A stretch of 64,000 nucleotides of DNA, from the NCBI GenBank assembly GCA_964016885.1, contig OZ024757.1:18104001-18168000 (forward strand), in the 5' to 3' direction. Positions 27,558 to 41,489 of this stretch are shown here, piece by piece; position 1 is the first letter of the stretch, and each line of letters starts with the position of its first letter. The notes under the pieces are model-generated. The model had not been told where the DNA came from, did no database searches, and saw only the letters and a list, made by a program, of their open reading frames with translations. Source of the DNA: Eledone cirrhosa (taxonomy: Eukaryota). Both the position numbers and the translations under genes were made by a program.

Positions 27558-27655
27558 GGATAATAGGAACCAGTAAGACCCCGACAGCTGAGCTCAAGAA
27601 TTAGCCGTCGAAACGGCTTGAGCTCAGCTGTCGGGGTCTTACTGGTTCCTATTAT
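27558..27655. repeat. Hairpin module with arms of about 40 bp; the same sequence occurs un-inverted at 42742-42800
   Basis: ATAATAGGAACCAGTAAGACCCCGACAGCTGAGCTCAAG / CTTGAGCTCAGCTGTCGGGGTCTTACTGGTTCCTATTAT. Confidence 0.9.
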
Positions 27656-27959
27656 ATATATATATATATATATATATGAGCAAGATGACCCAACTCTTCT
27701 CTCTTCTGCAACGTCGTCACCTCAGACTGCTCATTTTAATGGCTATTGTGTAGGACAAAACTATATTCTTTATATTTGTCTCACAGCCAGCTGATTCATC
27801 ATCCACTGGCCCTCCATGTGGCTCTAATCAAGCACAGTGATAATGTCCAGACTGCTCCTTGACAGTGTAGTTAGGGGCTCTAACCCTAATGATGTTAAAT
27901 ACATCTCCACGGTAATTTTCAGTGGCTGATAATACCTTACCGGGGCCACTCGAATAAGG

Positions 27960-28118
27960 TAATTATTTAACCCGTAAATGGGCCCCTAACATGTACAGCT
28001 ACTCCGGGTCAGAGCAGACCTGCGAGTGATAACAACTAAGGGGTAACTCCACATTCCCCACATCACCTTAATTCCCGAACTCGAGCCATGCCAGTGGATG
28101 TAGTTTAATGTCACACCA
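27960..28118 (-). mobile_element. Probable SINE-like dispersed repeat fragment
   Basis: Minus strand GGTGTGACATTAAACTACATC..CTCTGACCCGGAGTAG..GTTAGGGGCCCAT resembles, from memory, a common molluscan SINE body; not verified. Confidence 0.35.
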
Positions 28119-28119
28119 C

Positions 28120-31100
28120 ATCAGCAGTGAGGAACACAACGAATGCTGCAGTAGGAGGAGTGGGTTTTGTGTTCAGTGCAAAAAGCAATCTCTCGGTGAG
28201 GGAAATCACACCTGTCTCCCCGCGAGGGTTGACGGTGCCCTTCAATGGAAACACAACAGTCACCTGACAGTCACCTCAGCTTATAGTCCAACCGAGGGAG
28301 ACAGTGATGTGAGTGCGGAGGAGTTCCGTGAGGAGGCGAGTAGAGCTCTCAACACCACACCTGCTCATAACATCCTGCTTGTTCTGGGGGGACTTCAAGG
28401 CACATCTAGGTAAGGAGGGCAGTGAAGATCCTTGCTGACATTCACCTCAGCTTATAGTCCAACCGAGGGAGACAGTGATGTGAGTGCGGAGGAGTTCCAT
28501 GAGGAGGCGAGTAGAGCTCTCAACACCACACCTGCTCATAACATCCTGATTGTTCTGGGGGGACTTCAAGGCACATCTAGGTAAGGAGGGCAGTGAAGAT
28601 CCTTGCTGACAGTCACCTCAGCTTATAGTCCAACCGAGGGAGACAGTGATGTGAGTGCGGAGGAGTTCCGTGAGGAGGTGAGTAGAGCTGTCAACACCAC
28701 ACCTGCTCATAACATCGTGCTTGTTCTGGGGGGACTTCAAGGCACATCTAGGTAAGGAGGGCAGTGAAGATCCTTGCTGACAGTCACCTCAGCTTATAGT
28801 CCAACCGAGGGAGACAGTGATGTGAGTGCGGAGGAGTTCCGTGAGGAGGTGAGTAGAGCTGTCAACACCACACCTGCTCATAACATCGTGCTTGTTCTGG
28901 GGGGACTTCAAGGCACATCTAGGTAAGGAGGGCAGTGAAGATCCTTGCTGACAGTCACCTCAGCTTATAGTCCAACCGAGGGAGACAGTGATGTGAGTGC
29001 GGAGGAGTTCCGTGAGGAGGTGAGTAGAGCTGTCAACATCACACCTGCTCATAACATCCTGCTTGTTCTGGGGGGACTTCAAGGCACATCTAGGTAAGGA
29101 GGGCAGTGAAGATCCTTGCTGACAGTCACCTGAGCTTATAGTCCAACCGAGGGAGACAGTGATGTGAGTGCGGAGGAGTTCCGTGAGGAGGTGAGTAGAG
29201 CTCTCAACACCACACCTGCTCATAACATCCTGCTTGTTCTGGGGGGACTTCAAGGCACATCTAGGTAAGGAGGGCAGTGAAGATCCTTGCTGACAGTCAC
29301 CTCAGCTTATAGTCCAACCGAGGGAGACAGTGATGTGAGTGCGGATGAGTTCCGTGAGGAGGTGAGTAGAGCTCTCAACACCACACCTGCTCATAACATC
29401 CTGCTTGTTCTGGGGGGACTTCAAGGCACATCTAGGTAAGGTGGGCAGTGAAGATCCTTGCTGACAGTCACCTGAGCTTATAGTCCAACCGAGGGAGACA
29501 GTGATGTGAGTGCGGAGGAGTTCCGTGAGGAGGCGAGTAGAGCTCTCAACACCACACCTGCTCATAACATCCTGCTTGTTCTGGGGGGACTTCAAGGCAC
29601 ATCTAGGTAAGGAGGGCAGTGAAGATCCTTGCTGACAGTCACCTGAGCTTATAGTCCAACCGAGGGAGACAGTGATGTGAGTGCGGAGGAGTTCCGTGAG
29701 GAGGTGAGTAGAGCTGTCAACATCACACCTGTTCATAACATCCTGCTTGTTCTGGGGGGACTTCAAGGCACATCTAGGTAAGGAGGGCAGTGAAGATCCT
29801 TGCTGACAGTCACCTGAGCTTATAGTCCAACCGAGGGAGACAGTGATGTGAGTGCGGAGGAGTTCCGTGGGGAGGTGAGTAGAGCTGTCAACATCACACC
29901 TGTTCATAACATCCTGCTTGTTCTGGGGGGACTTCAAGGCACATCTAGGTAAGGAGGGCAGTGAAGATCCTTGCTGACAGTCACCTGAGCTTATAGTCCA
30001 ACCGAGGGAGACAGTGATGTGAGTGCGGAGGAGTTCCGTGGGGAGGTGAGTAGAGCTGTCAACATCACACCTGTTCATAACATCCTGCTTGTTCTGGGGG
30101 GACTTCAAGGCACATCTAGGTAAGGAGGGCAGTGAAGATCCTTGCTGACAGTCACCTCAGCTTATAGTCCAACCGAGGGAGACAGTGATGTGAGTGCGGA
30201 GGAGTTCCGTGGGGAGGTGAGTAGAGCTGTCAACACCACACCTGCTCATAACATCGTGCTTGTTCTGGGGGGACTTCAAGGCACATCTAGGTAAGGAGGG
30301 CAGTGAAGATCCTTGCTGACAGTCACCTCAGCTTATAGTCCAACCGAGGGAGACAGTGATGTGAGTGCGGAGGAGTTCCGTGGGGGGGTGAGTAGAGCTG
30401 TCAACATCACACCTGTTCATAACATCCTGCTTGTTCTGGGGGGACTTCAAGGCACATCTAGGTAAGGAGGGCAGTGAAGATCCTTGCTGACAGTCACCTC
30501 AGCTTATAGTCCAACCGAGGGAGACAGTGATGTGAGTGCGGAGGAGTTCCGTGGGGAGGTGAGTAGAGCTGTCAACACCACACCTGCTCATAACATCGTG
30601 CTTGTTCTGGGGGGACTTCAAGGCACATCTAGGTAAGGAGGGCAGTGAAGATCCTTGCTGACAGTCACCTCAGCTTATAGTCCAACCGAGGGAGACAGTG
30701 ATGTGAGTGCGGAGGAGTTCCGTGAGGAGGTGAGTAGAGCTGTCAACACCACACCTGCTCATAACATCGTGCTTGTTCTGGGGGGACTTCAAGGCACATC
30801 TAGGTAAGGAGGGCAGTGAAGATCCTTGCTGACAGTCACCTCAGCTTATAGTCCAACCGAGGGAGACAGTGATGTGAGTGCGGAGGAGTTCCGTGAGGAG
30901 GTGAGTAGAGCTGTCAACATCACACCTGCTCATAACATCCTGCTTGTTCTGGGGGGACTTCAAGGCACATCTAGGTAAGGAGGGCAGTGAAGATCCTTGC
31001 TGACAGTCACCTGAGCTTATAGTCCAACCGAGGGAGACAGTGATGTGAGTGCGGAGGAGTTCCGTGAGGAGGTGAGTAGAGCTGTCAACACCACACCTGC

Positions 31101-31380
31101 TCATAACATCCTGCTTGTTCTGGGGGGACTTCAAGGCACATCTGGGTAAGGAGGGCAGTGAAGATCCTTGCTGACAGTCACCTGAGCTTATAGTCCAACC
31201 GAGGGAGACAGTGATGTGAGTGCGGAGGAGTTCCGTGAGGAGGTGAGTAGAGCTCTCAACACCACACCTGCTCATAACATCCTGCTTGTTCTGGGGGGAC
31301 TTCAAGGCACATCTGGGTAAGGAGGGCAGTGAAGATCCTTGCTGGTACTTCCAGAACAACACCAACCGAAGTGGAAGGCT
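28120..31380 (+). mobile_element. LINE (RTE-like) apurinic endonuclease fragment interrupted by internal tandem amplification
   Basis: [30 protein letters not shown], resuming after the array as [12 protein letters not shown]. Confidence 0.75.
28264..31344. repeat. 171-bp tandem repeat, about 18 near-identical copies
   Basis: TTATAGTCC at 28281, 28452 and onward, period 171. Confidence 0.97.
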
Positions 31381-31461
31381 ACATATATATATATAAATAC
31401 ATATATATAAACATATATATATATATGTATATGTACACATATACATGTATATATGCACACA

Positions 31462-31544
<83 letters not shown>

Positions 31545-31604
31545 AAAATGGTGCGAAGATTACATTACAAAACAATAGGAGGAAACATGATAATAGCACC
31601 ACTG

Positions 31605-32296
31605 TTGGTGTGGTGTGGTGGTGTGGTGGGGTGGGGGCGTAGTGGTGTGGGAGGCGTAGTGGTGTGGGGCGTGGTGGTGTGGTGGAGTGGTGTGGTGGTG
31701 TGATGGGGTGGAGTGGTGTGGTGGTGTGGTGGCGTGGTGGCGTAGTGGCGTGGTGGCGTAGTGGTGTGGTGGCGTAGTGGTGTGGTGGCGTAGTGGTGTG
31801 GTGGCGTAGTGGTGTGGTGGCGTAGTGGTGTGGGGGCGTGGTGGTGTGGTTGGGCGGTGTGGTGTGGTATGGTGTGGTGTGGTGGTGTGGTGGGGTGGCA
31901 TGGTGTGGCATGGTGTGGTATGGTGTGGTTGGGTGGTGTGGTGTGGTGGTATGGTGGGGTGGCGTGGTGTGGTGGTATGGTGGGGTAGAGTGGTGTGGTG
32001 GTATGGCGTGGTGTGGTGGTGTGTTGGTGTGTTGGTATGATAGGGTGGCGGGGTGGCGTGGTGTCGTGTGGTGTGGTGGTGTGGTGTCAGGAGGCCACGT
32101 GTTGTCTTGAGGTGCTGTATTAGTTTCTGCAGGAGGTCAGAGGAGGTGACCGTGTGTGTGTGTGTGTGTGTGTGTAACTGTGTCTGTTTGCGTGTGTGTA
32201 ACTGTGTGTGTGTGACTGTATAACTCTGTGTGTGAGTGACTGTATGACTGTGTATGTGTAACTGTTTGTGTGTATGACTGTGTGTGTGTGTGTAAC

Positions 32297-32383
<87 letters not shown>

Positions 32384-32978
32384 ATGTCTGTGAATGTGTA
32401 TATAACTGAGTGTGAATGTGTATGTATGTGAGCATGTATGCGTACGAACCTCTATGTTAAATGTGTGTGTGTGAATATGCGTGAGTGAGCATATTTATAT
32501 GTAAATACATGTGTGTGAGTGTCCGTGTATATGTGAAAGTAGCTGTGTGTGTGTATGTGTGTGGTTGTGCGTGTGAATATGTATGAGAGTTCGTGTGTAT
32601 GTGTTAATACAAGTGTGTGTATGTGTGTGAGTGTCCGTGTATATGTGAAAGTAGGTGTGTGTGTGTATGTGTGTAGTTGTGCGTGTGAATATGTATGAGA
32701 GTTCGTGTGTGTTAATACAAGTGTGTGTGTGTGTGAGTGTCCGTGTATATGTGAATGTACCTGTGTGTGTGTGTGTGTGTGTGTGTAAGTGTGTGTGTGT
32801 ATGTGTAAGTGTGTGTGTATGTGTGTGTGTATGTGTGTAAGTGTGTGTATGTGTATGTGTGTGCGTATGTGTAAGTGTGTGTGTGTGTGTAAGTGTGTGT
32901 GTGTATGTGTATATGTGTGTGTGTGTGTAAGTGTGTATGTGTGTAAGTGGGTGTGTGTGTGTGTGCGTATATATGTGT

Positions 32979-33028
<50 letters not shown>

Positions 33029-33070
33029 GTGTGTGTGTGTGTGTGTGTGTATAAGTGTGTGTGTGTGTAA
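31605..33070. repeat. (GGTGT/GGT)n tract followed by compound (TG)n
   Basis: Directly visible. Confidence 0.9.
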
Positions 33071-33634
33071 GTGTTATCTAAAGTTTTCTATTTTCATTCC
33101 ACTACTGGCCATTGTGTTTCCGAAGGGAAATGCTGATGTAGGAAGACAACACATCGTTAAGATCAAGTGACGGGGGCCAACAGTGAGAAATTTATATCTA
33201 ATAGATGAATTGATTGAGGGACAATAACGGTAACAACAACAACAACAACAACAGCAACAACAGCAACAACAACAATATCAGAAGTAATAATAATAGTGAA
33301 GACTCTGATAACGGCGGTGATGGAAACGTTGCTTCTTGTGTTTGGCGCTTTACAATCCATTAAACATAGTTTGATAATCAATGGATTTAATGAAGGATTA
33401 TATCAGAGAAGCTCATCAGAGACGAAAGCGAGATCGTGCAGTAAATTACTGAAGCAGACCATCATCAAAGACTAGAAAAGAGAAAAGTCAGCCATGTTTA
33501 ATAATTAGGCGAACGCTAGTTAATATCTTCTCAACTGTATCAGGTGATATCAACATATCAAACCATATCAGAATCAGTTGGAATTTCAACGACAAAACTC
33601 TCATAATTACTTTACTGTAAAGGAAAGCAATCAA

Positions 33635-34345
<711 letters not shown>

Positions 34346-34883
34346 GTGCGTATATTAGTGCGCATAAAGCTAATCGCAATCTAACGAACAAACATGTTTA
34401 TTAAATAGTCTATTTAGCTAGCAATCGTTCTCCATATCTCTCCTCTCTCTCTTCCCCCTCTCATATATATGTTACATACATATAAAGAGAGAGGGAGAGA
34501 TGGTATGATGGGCAAAGTACAAAAGGCATGTGTACGTATTTACAGTTGAATTCACAGCTACACACACATATATACACACGTCCACACATGCATACATGTA
34601 CAGATACGTATACTCTCGTGTATAGACACTTATATACATACACAACCAGCATACATAGCCATGTATATACATATATAGACACAAATATAATTTAGCCTGG
34701 GATTTAACTCGGCTTCCTTGGCATTAAGTGACAGAGGGTAGAAGACTCTCTTTCCCCTAACCAAAACACCAGTCCATCGCAGGGTTAAAGCCTGTTTCAA
34801 GACAGAGACTCATTAGACCGGTACTTTTCTTGTTTCATTAACATTATGCCTCTCAGAGTATAATATTCCCCCGCACCTAGGCA

Positions 34884-35700
34884 GAACGCCAGTCCATCGC
34901 AGGTTTAAAACCTGTCCCAACCCAGCCCGCCAGACAACCGCAGGTCTAAAACCTGTCCCAACCCAGCACGCCAGACCACCGCAGGTTTAAAACCTGTCCC
35001 AACCCAGCCCGCCAGACAACCGTAGGTTTAAAGCCTGTCCCAACCCAGCACGCCAGACCACCGCAGGTTTAAAGCCTGTCCCAACCCAGCACGCCAGACA
35101 ACCGCAGGTCTAAAGCCTGTCCCAACCCAGCACGCCAGACCACCGCAGGTCTAAAACCTGTCCCAACCCAGCACGCCAGACAACCGCAGGTCTAAAGCCT
35201 GTCCCAACCCAGCCCGCCAGACCACCGCAGGTTTAAAGCCTGTCCCAACCCAGCACGCCAGTCCATCGCAGGTCTAAAACCTGTCCCAACCCAGCACGCC
35301 AGTCCATCGCAGGTTTAAAACCTGTCCAAACTCAGCACGCCAGACCATCGCAGGTTTAAAACCTGTCCAAACTCAGCACGCCAGTCCATCGCAGATCTAA
35401 AACCTGTCCCAACCCAGAACGCCAGACCACCGCAGGTTTAAAGCCTGTCCCAACCCAGCACGCCAGACCACCGCAGGTCTGAAGCCTGTCCCAACCCAGC
35501 ACGCCAGACCACCGCAGGTTTAAAGCCTGTCCCAACCCAGCGCGCCAGTCCATTGCAGGTTTAAAGCCTGTCCCAACCCAGCACGCCAGACCACCGCAGG
35601 TTTAAAGCCTGTCCCAACCCAGCACGCCAGACCACCGCAGGTTTAAAGCCTGTCCCAACCCAGCACGCCAGACCACCGCAGGTTTAAAGCCTGTCTGAAC
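34884..35700. repeat. 41-bp GC-rich minisatellite, about 20 copies
   Basis: Unit GCAGGTTTAAAGCCTGTCCCAACCCAGCACGCCAGACCACC. Confidence 0.95.
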
Positions 35701-35966
35701 CCTGAAGGCTCATTAGGCCGGTATTTATCCGGTTTGTATGGTGACTGAGCGTATAAGACTCTCTAAAATCTAAGCAGGATGCCAGTCCACCGCAGGGTTA
35801 ACCCCTAAGCTACTGCTGGTACTCATTTTAATAAATCAATGTACTGGTGCAATGGGAAATTAAGTGTTTCGCTCAAAAGCATAGCACACAACCCGATCAC
35901 GGAATGGACTCACGACATTATGCTCGTAAGTCCATCACACTAACAACTAAACTACGCACCTTCACG
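35700..35966 (-). mobile_element. Diverged tRNA-derived SINE (family B-like)
   Basis: Minus strand starts GTGAAGGTGCGTAGTTTAGTTGTTAGTG (A-box-like) with a body resembling 44510-44792. Confidence 0.55.
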
Positions 35967-36829
35967 TGGTCTTATTAATACAATAGAATATTTAGTTATT
36001 AGCATATTTCTATTAATATTTTACTAATAACTTCTGTTATTCGCTTTTATAACCCTGTTTTATTTACAATATGATTACGTCTCTTCCTAATTGATTTATT
36101 GAACATAGATTTATCAAAAGCTTTTGTAGTATTTATAGTCATTCCCTAATAATCAAATAACTCCGCTATTGATCTCCAATATTAATTACACACTGCCCAA
36201 TTTACTGATATACGTACGACATAACAACTTCTACACGGTCGCTTTATTTCCACGAAATAACAGTCAAATCTCGCTTTAATTAGAAAACCATAATATCACC
36301 ATACTCTAATTAAGTCATACCCACCGTGAGGCCACACGCCCCACAGAAGTGGAGTGGGGGTCAATTTGAAACTGATGTTAATGAGAAACTTCAAGTTTTT
36401 CCTTATCACTTTTACACCAAGGCAACCTTTGTATACATCACTGTGAGGAAACTCCTGTCTCACCTCGTCCACATGTTATTGTCCATCTGGTACCATCTTT
36501 ACAACAATTTGTTTAAACTTCAAAGTTCATCATCGCCGGTTTCATATCAAAGAGGGGTCAAAACAATTTTTGAGATGTTGCGGTGAGGCCTGGGGCATTA
36601 AAATTTGGGAACCACTTGGCTAATTACTTTCAGGCAGTCGGCTATAAAATTGTGTACCACACCAAATTGATACGGGGGTTGTCACGGATGGAAGGACTTA
36701 TATGATACTGGTTTGTCACCCATTGATCATCTCAAGTAAATCAATATCAACAGAATCAATAAAAGCCTACACACTTGTATTAATGTTAATAGAATAGTTA
36801 ACACAAATATATAACTGGTAGTGGGTAGT

Positions 36830-37030
36830 ATTGAAAAGGACCGCATGACTAAGAAGTTCGCAGAGCGTCAGACACGATGCTTTGTAGCATAGAGGCATGG
36901 CCCTTTACGGCACGAATTCAAATCCCACTGAGGTTAACTTTGCCCATTATTCTTACGGGTTCGATAAAATAAAGCCCCAGGAATGTAGTGGGGGTAATTG
37001 GTGGGCTTATACCAAAAGTAGAAACAAATA
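36830..37030 (+). mobile_element. Diverged SINE family A copy
   Basis: GAATTCAAATCCC B box, central domain and GTAGAAACAA end. Confidence 0.7.
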
Positions 37031-37210
37031 CACATCTATATATCTGTCTCTATAGATATATAGATATATATAGAGAGAGAAAGAGATAGGGGACAGAGAG
37101 AGAGAGAAAAAAAGAGAGAAAATAAAGGAGAGACAGAGAGAAATTAATACGCCACTCCTGTATCTCATGATATATCAAATATTACATCCTAGATTTTGTA
37201 ACACTGGCAC

Positions 37211-37255
<45 letters not shown>

Positions 37256-37259
37256 CTAT

Positions 37260-37582
37260 CTAAGGCGGGTAAAATTCCCGAGATCCATGGACGAGTTCTC
37301 TCCAGCGGTCTCTGTCCCTCATTATCGCTGCCATATCCTGCATCTCCAACAGACCAGTGTCTGTCCTTAGGACATCAACATATGTTAACCTCGGTCTTCC
37401 TCTTCTAGTGTGTCCATGTAGGGGCTCCCAAAGGAGAATGCTGAGGATGGCTCTGAACATTAATCAGTATACACTGAGGATGAAAAACTCAGAGCTGTAT
37501 GGGAGCATCCCAAACGTCAGCTCAAAAGTGACACAGAGGAGACTGAGGTTGGCTGGACATGCTCACCGACATCCAGAGTTGA
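37260..37582 (-). mobile_element. RTE-clade LINE 3' end with an inverted 5' segment
   Basis: Minus: LLWEPLHGHTRRGRPRLTYVDVL..MRDRDRWRELV; plus: RMLRMALN..QRRLRLAGHAHRHPEL. Confidence 0.85.
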
Positions 37583-37602
37583 CATATATATGTATATATA
37601 GT

Positions 37603-37725
37603 AATAATTGTTTCTACTTTTGGCACAAAGCCAGCAATTACTCAGTGCATTACTGGCACTTTATTTTATTGACCCCGTAAGGATGAAAGGCAAAATTAAC
37701 CTCGGCGGGATTTGAACTCAGAATA
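37603..37725 (-). mobile_element. Truncated SINE family A copy
   Basis: B box through 3' end. Confidence 0.8.
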
Positions 37726-37744
37726 CTAATATGTATAGTAATAA

Positions 37745-37964
37745 TAATAAATGTGAAGACTAAAATCCAAAGAGGGCTCGATGAGGATAAATATATATCA
37801 AATATATAAGAACCCTAGAGCAAATATTTATTAAAATAACAGATTAAAGTTTAAGCAAAGAATCGCTGCTTTCACCCTTAACGGGATCTTCAGAAGATCC
37901 CGTTAAACCGTTAAGGGTGGCTGAAAGCAGCGATTCTTTGCTAAAACTTTAATCTGTTATTTTA

Positions 37965-37972
<8 letters not shown>
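37745..37972. mobile_element. Hammerhead-like module (family H3) with head-to-head inversion
   Basis: Arms about 37824-37891 and 37893-37972; C(T/A)GAAGA-TCCC-GTTAA-GGGT-GAAA; other copies at 40075-40147 and 51215-51441. Confidence 0.7.
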
Positions 37973-38035
<63 letters not shown>

Positions 38036-38324
38036 TTAGAAGCTAGAAGGCCAGAACGATGCAGGTTTGGAGATAAAATATAAATGTAAAGGATAGCGCT
38101 GACAATTAGTCTTTACCTTAATTTATTCATATATCCTGATAATATCGAGATAATATCTCTTCGTCTGAGGAAAGTAAAGGATATATGAATAAATTAAGAA
38201 AAAATACTAATTGTCAGCGCTATCTCCAAACGTGCATTGTTCTACGCCTTCTAACTTCTCACGTTTATACCTCACTATACAATGCTTCAAGTAAACTACG
38301 AAATCCTTATATATATATATATAT

Positions 38325-38498
38325 ATTGTTATGTTTTGGGAGGGTCCTGTTGCCAATAAGAAACACACGCACCAGTTGTTTTCACTCCAATTTATTATAA
38401 GTTAAATTTATAAATTTAACTTATAATAAATTGGAGTGAAAGCAACTGGTGCGTGTGTTTCTTATTGGCAACATGACCCTCCCAAAGCATAACAATAT
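38325..38498. repeat. Near-perfect palindrome with arms of about 85 bp, next to (TA)n
   Basis: Centre AAGTTAAATTTATAAATTTAACTT; arms differ at a few positions. Confidence 0.92.
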
Positions 38499-38825
38499 CG
38501 GTTTCAACACGTTTTCAGATAAAGAATCTTGCTAAATAAATTCAGAAACGAAATATATATATATATATACATATATACATGGCCTGCTTTTTCCCGAAGA
38601 CGCTTCGGTTCTGAAACTGCTCACTATCCTCTTTGTCTTTCTATTTCTTCTTTAATTTCTCATACTATTTCCTGATGAAGGACTACCTGCCGAAACATAA
38701 AGACGCTTTCTCTATTATATAAAACAAAGATAATATGTTTCTCCACTGTTCTGTGTCGTTTGCTTTGTTATTTCCGTCTACATGTTGTGTATGTATATAT
38801 ATATATATGTATATATATGTGTGTG

Positions 38826-39435
38826 TCAGGTCACCAGTTGGTGCTACTGGTAACATGTATTCCAGTACAACCTGTCTCATGGTCGGGTCGTTGGCGACTA
38901 AACTGGCAACCCCACCAAGGTTTCTTGGTGAGAAGGGTGAGTGTGGACATCCTGCAGGACTAAAAACAAAACCTGTCAAAGGGCAAAGGAGCTCTTAAGA
39001 GTCAATGGCCATCCAAAATCACCGGGAGAGTTGACCCCTTAGCCTTTGTCAAGGCAGAATTCTAGGAGAAGGAAAACTCTGATATATCACCTGCAACCCT
39101 GATGGTATCCAATGATGTTGACTTGTTCTTCTTTTTGGTAAATATCATCTTGGTTAAGAGAGTGGGACTGGCTTTGTGCAGTGCCTTTGCTCACTATAAA
39201 AGCTTCACGGCACAGGCATTGCTTTATATCTGGAGATCTCTCTGTACTTGTCGTCACATGGTACCATGGGCCCAGCACTATGTGTCAATAATTGTCACAA
39301 GTGTAGTGTTTGTACCAGAGTTTTCAAGTCGCTGGCTGGACTAAAAAGTCACACTCGTTCAGCGCATCGGTAGGGGTTCTCCTACATGGATATAAAGTAG
39401 TGGCCGTACTCGAAAACGAGTTGGCAGCCACCATG
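38826..39435 (+). mobile_element. Short non-autonomous RTE derivative (5'UTR-like part fused to the zinc-finger 3' end)
   Basis: Frame [26 protein letters not shown] near the end; 39030-39435 is nearly identical to 47153-47557. Confidence 0.65.
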
Positions 39436-40034
39436 TACATATCTATATTCATCGAACCAAAAGACAAATTGAATCGGCCTAAGCTCACCGATTTCCACTC
39501 GCTCCATGATTTCCCAGAACTTGTATTCAGTAAATACAAGTCTGTATGTCAGAGAGCACACTATGGTTTGATTAGTGGTAAAAACGGTAAATACAAGAGT
39601 CGGGGACCGATGGCTGTGTCATATATATATATATATCAATCAAAATGAGAGAGAGAGAGAGAGAGGAGGATGAATAATAATAAGAAATAAATGTGTACGT
39701 TGGTGGGGCAGGCAGATCAATTTATTAAATATCTCACTATTCACGGCATGAACTCCATCTTGTAATGTCGTCATATTAACGTTCGTAGCACAATTACCTA
39801 TCAAATGTATGTATTTAATGAAATCATAGAAACAGCTTTTATAAAATATTTTACTCATGTCTCCTTCTTCCCTCTATTTCTAGACATTAATCATCTTTAA
39901 TACATTTTACATATATTCATCATTATATAACTAATGGACTCAACCGGTTCAACTGCTTTATGCACTTAATTGATAAGCTTATGCGCTTTCAAGCTACGTT
40001 TACCTGTTTGTAACTTTTCATAGCAAATGAACAA

Positions 40035-40064
40035 ACCCGAGCAACGCCGGGCTAAACTGCTAGT
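40035..40064 (+). mobile_element. Helitron 3' terminus
   Basis: CCCGAGCAACGCCGGG hairpin then CTAG|T, as at 15252-15280. Confidence 0.6.
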
Positions 40065-40439
40065 ATATATATAAACCCATAGAGCAAATATTTATTATAA
40101 GAACAGATTGAAGTTTAAACTTTCACCCTTAACGGGATCTTCTGAATGAATATGCGTGTGTGTGTGTGGGGGGGGGGGGGTACTGAATTAAAGGTTTGGT
40201 TGAAATATCCAAGGGTTAGAGCATTAGAGCACTCGGTCCAATGGACGAGTTTAGTTTAAATATTTACAACAGTGACATAAACAGGTACTTAATTTTCGTT
40301 TGGTTCTGGAACCCCAAATCATTCAATCTGTCATAAGAAAAAGAAAAATAAAGACGGCCACCTGGTGTTGATTTTGCTTTCTTTTTAGAAATATATCATA
40401 AGAGTTTAAACAAAGGCAGGTAATTTAGAAATTAGATAA

Positions 40440-41160
40440 GAAAACAGGGTCTTCCTCTAGCAAAGCCGTCTTTGATAGTGCTGAATAACAGTGTATTCTC
40501 CGAAAAAGATCACGTACTCTCCAGATCTAGATCTAGTAAGAAAAAACCTAGACATAAAGATGTCTTATGGTTCGCCCCACCTTTCTCACTTAATGTGAAA
40601 ACTAATGCAGGTAAAAAATTCCTAGCCCTCATAGATCTCCATTTCCCTGTTGGACATAAATAGCGAAAGATATTTAATCACCATACAGTAAAAATAGGAT
40701 ACTCTTGCACCAACAATGTTAAATCCTACATCACCAGCAAATGCAAAAGCCATCCACCGTACGGATGCTCATGTAGAAGACCTGAAACATGTCCACTAGA
40801 CCAACAGTGCGATACTCCGGCGGTCATATACCAAGCAGATTTTATTTCCACCAAACAGAACCACCAAATTTAAGCCTGGACCTGTTTCGGTATGTCGTAG
40901 AGCCGGTTTAAAAACCGCTACCTGAAACAACCTTCAGATATCCCAACAAAAACCAGCTCGCAAATCAAATGGAGGATATTAGAAAGATCTACCGCCTATA
41001 TGAATGGGTCGAAATTTTGTCGCTTTTGTAATTCTGAAAAATGGTATATAGTTTCACAACTAGCTTCAGATAAACACTACCTGAACAGATGACTGTATTA
41101 CTTTGTAGTTGTCTTCATGAGAAGAAGTATATTTTGGGTAAATGGCTTAGACCTGACTAA
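40440..41160 (+). mobile_element. Penelope-like element C-terminal region (GIY-YIG) pseudogene
   Basis: VLWFAPPFSLNVKTNAGKKFLALIDLHFP..KIFNHHTVKIGYSC..CSCRRPETCPLDQQCDTPAVIYQA..IKWRIL..CRFCNSEK..CLHEKKYIL; stops and frameshifts present. Confidence 0.85.
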
Positions 41161-41361
41161 CAGGTCTAGAAGTAAACTTTGCTTTACTAACTATTTTGTA
41201 TATCAAGGAAATTGTATTCTTTGAGTCAGCTAGAAAATTATGAATATATATATATATATGTGTATATATATATTTATATATACACACATATATAATTACA
41301 TATACACATAGATATATTTATTTACATCTACATATATTTATATTTACAAATACACACACAG

Positions 41362-41402
<41 letters not shown>

Positions 41403-41442
41403 CACGTGTGTGCGTGTGTATATGTGTGAATTGCTATATTTG

Positions 41443-41489
<47 letters not shown>

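Noticed and set aside
28264-31344. Alpha-satellite identity suggested by the 171-bp period
   Set aside because: GC-rich and explained by LINE endonuclease codons; only the length matches
36300-36620. hAT-like terminus TTTGGGAACCACT
   Set aside because: No matching second TIR or target duplication found
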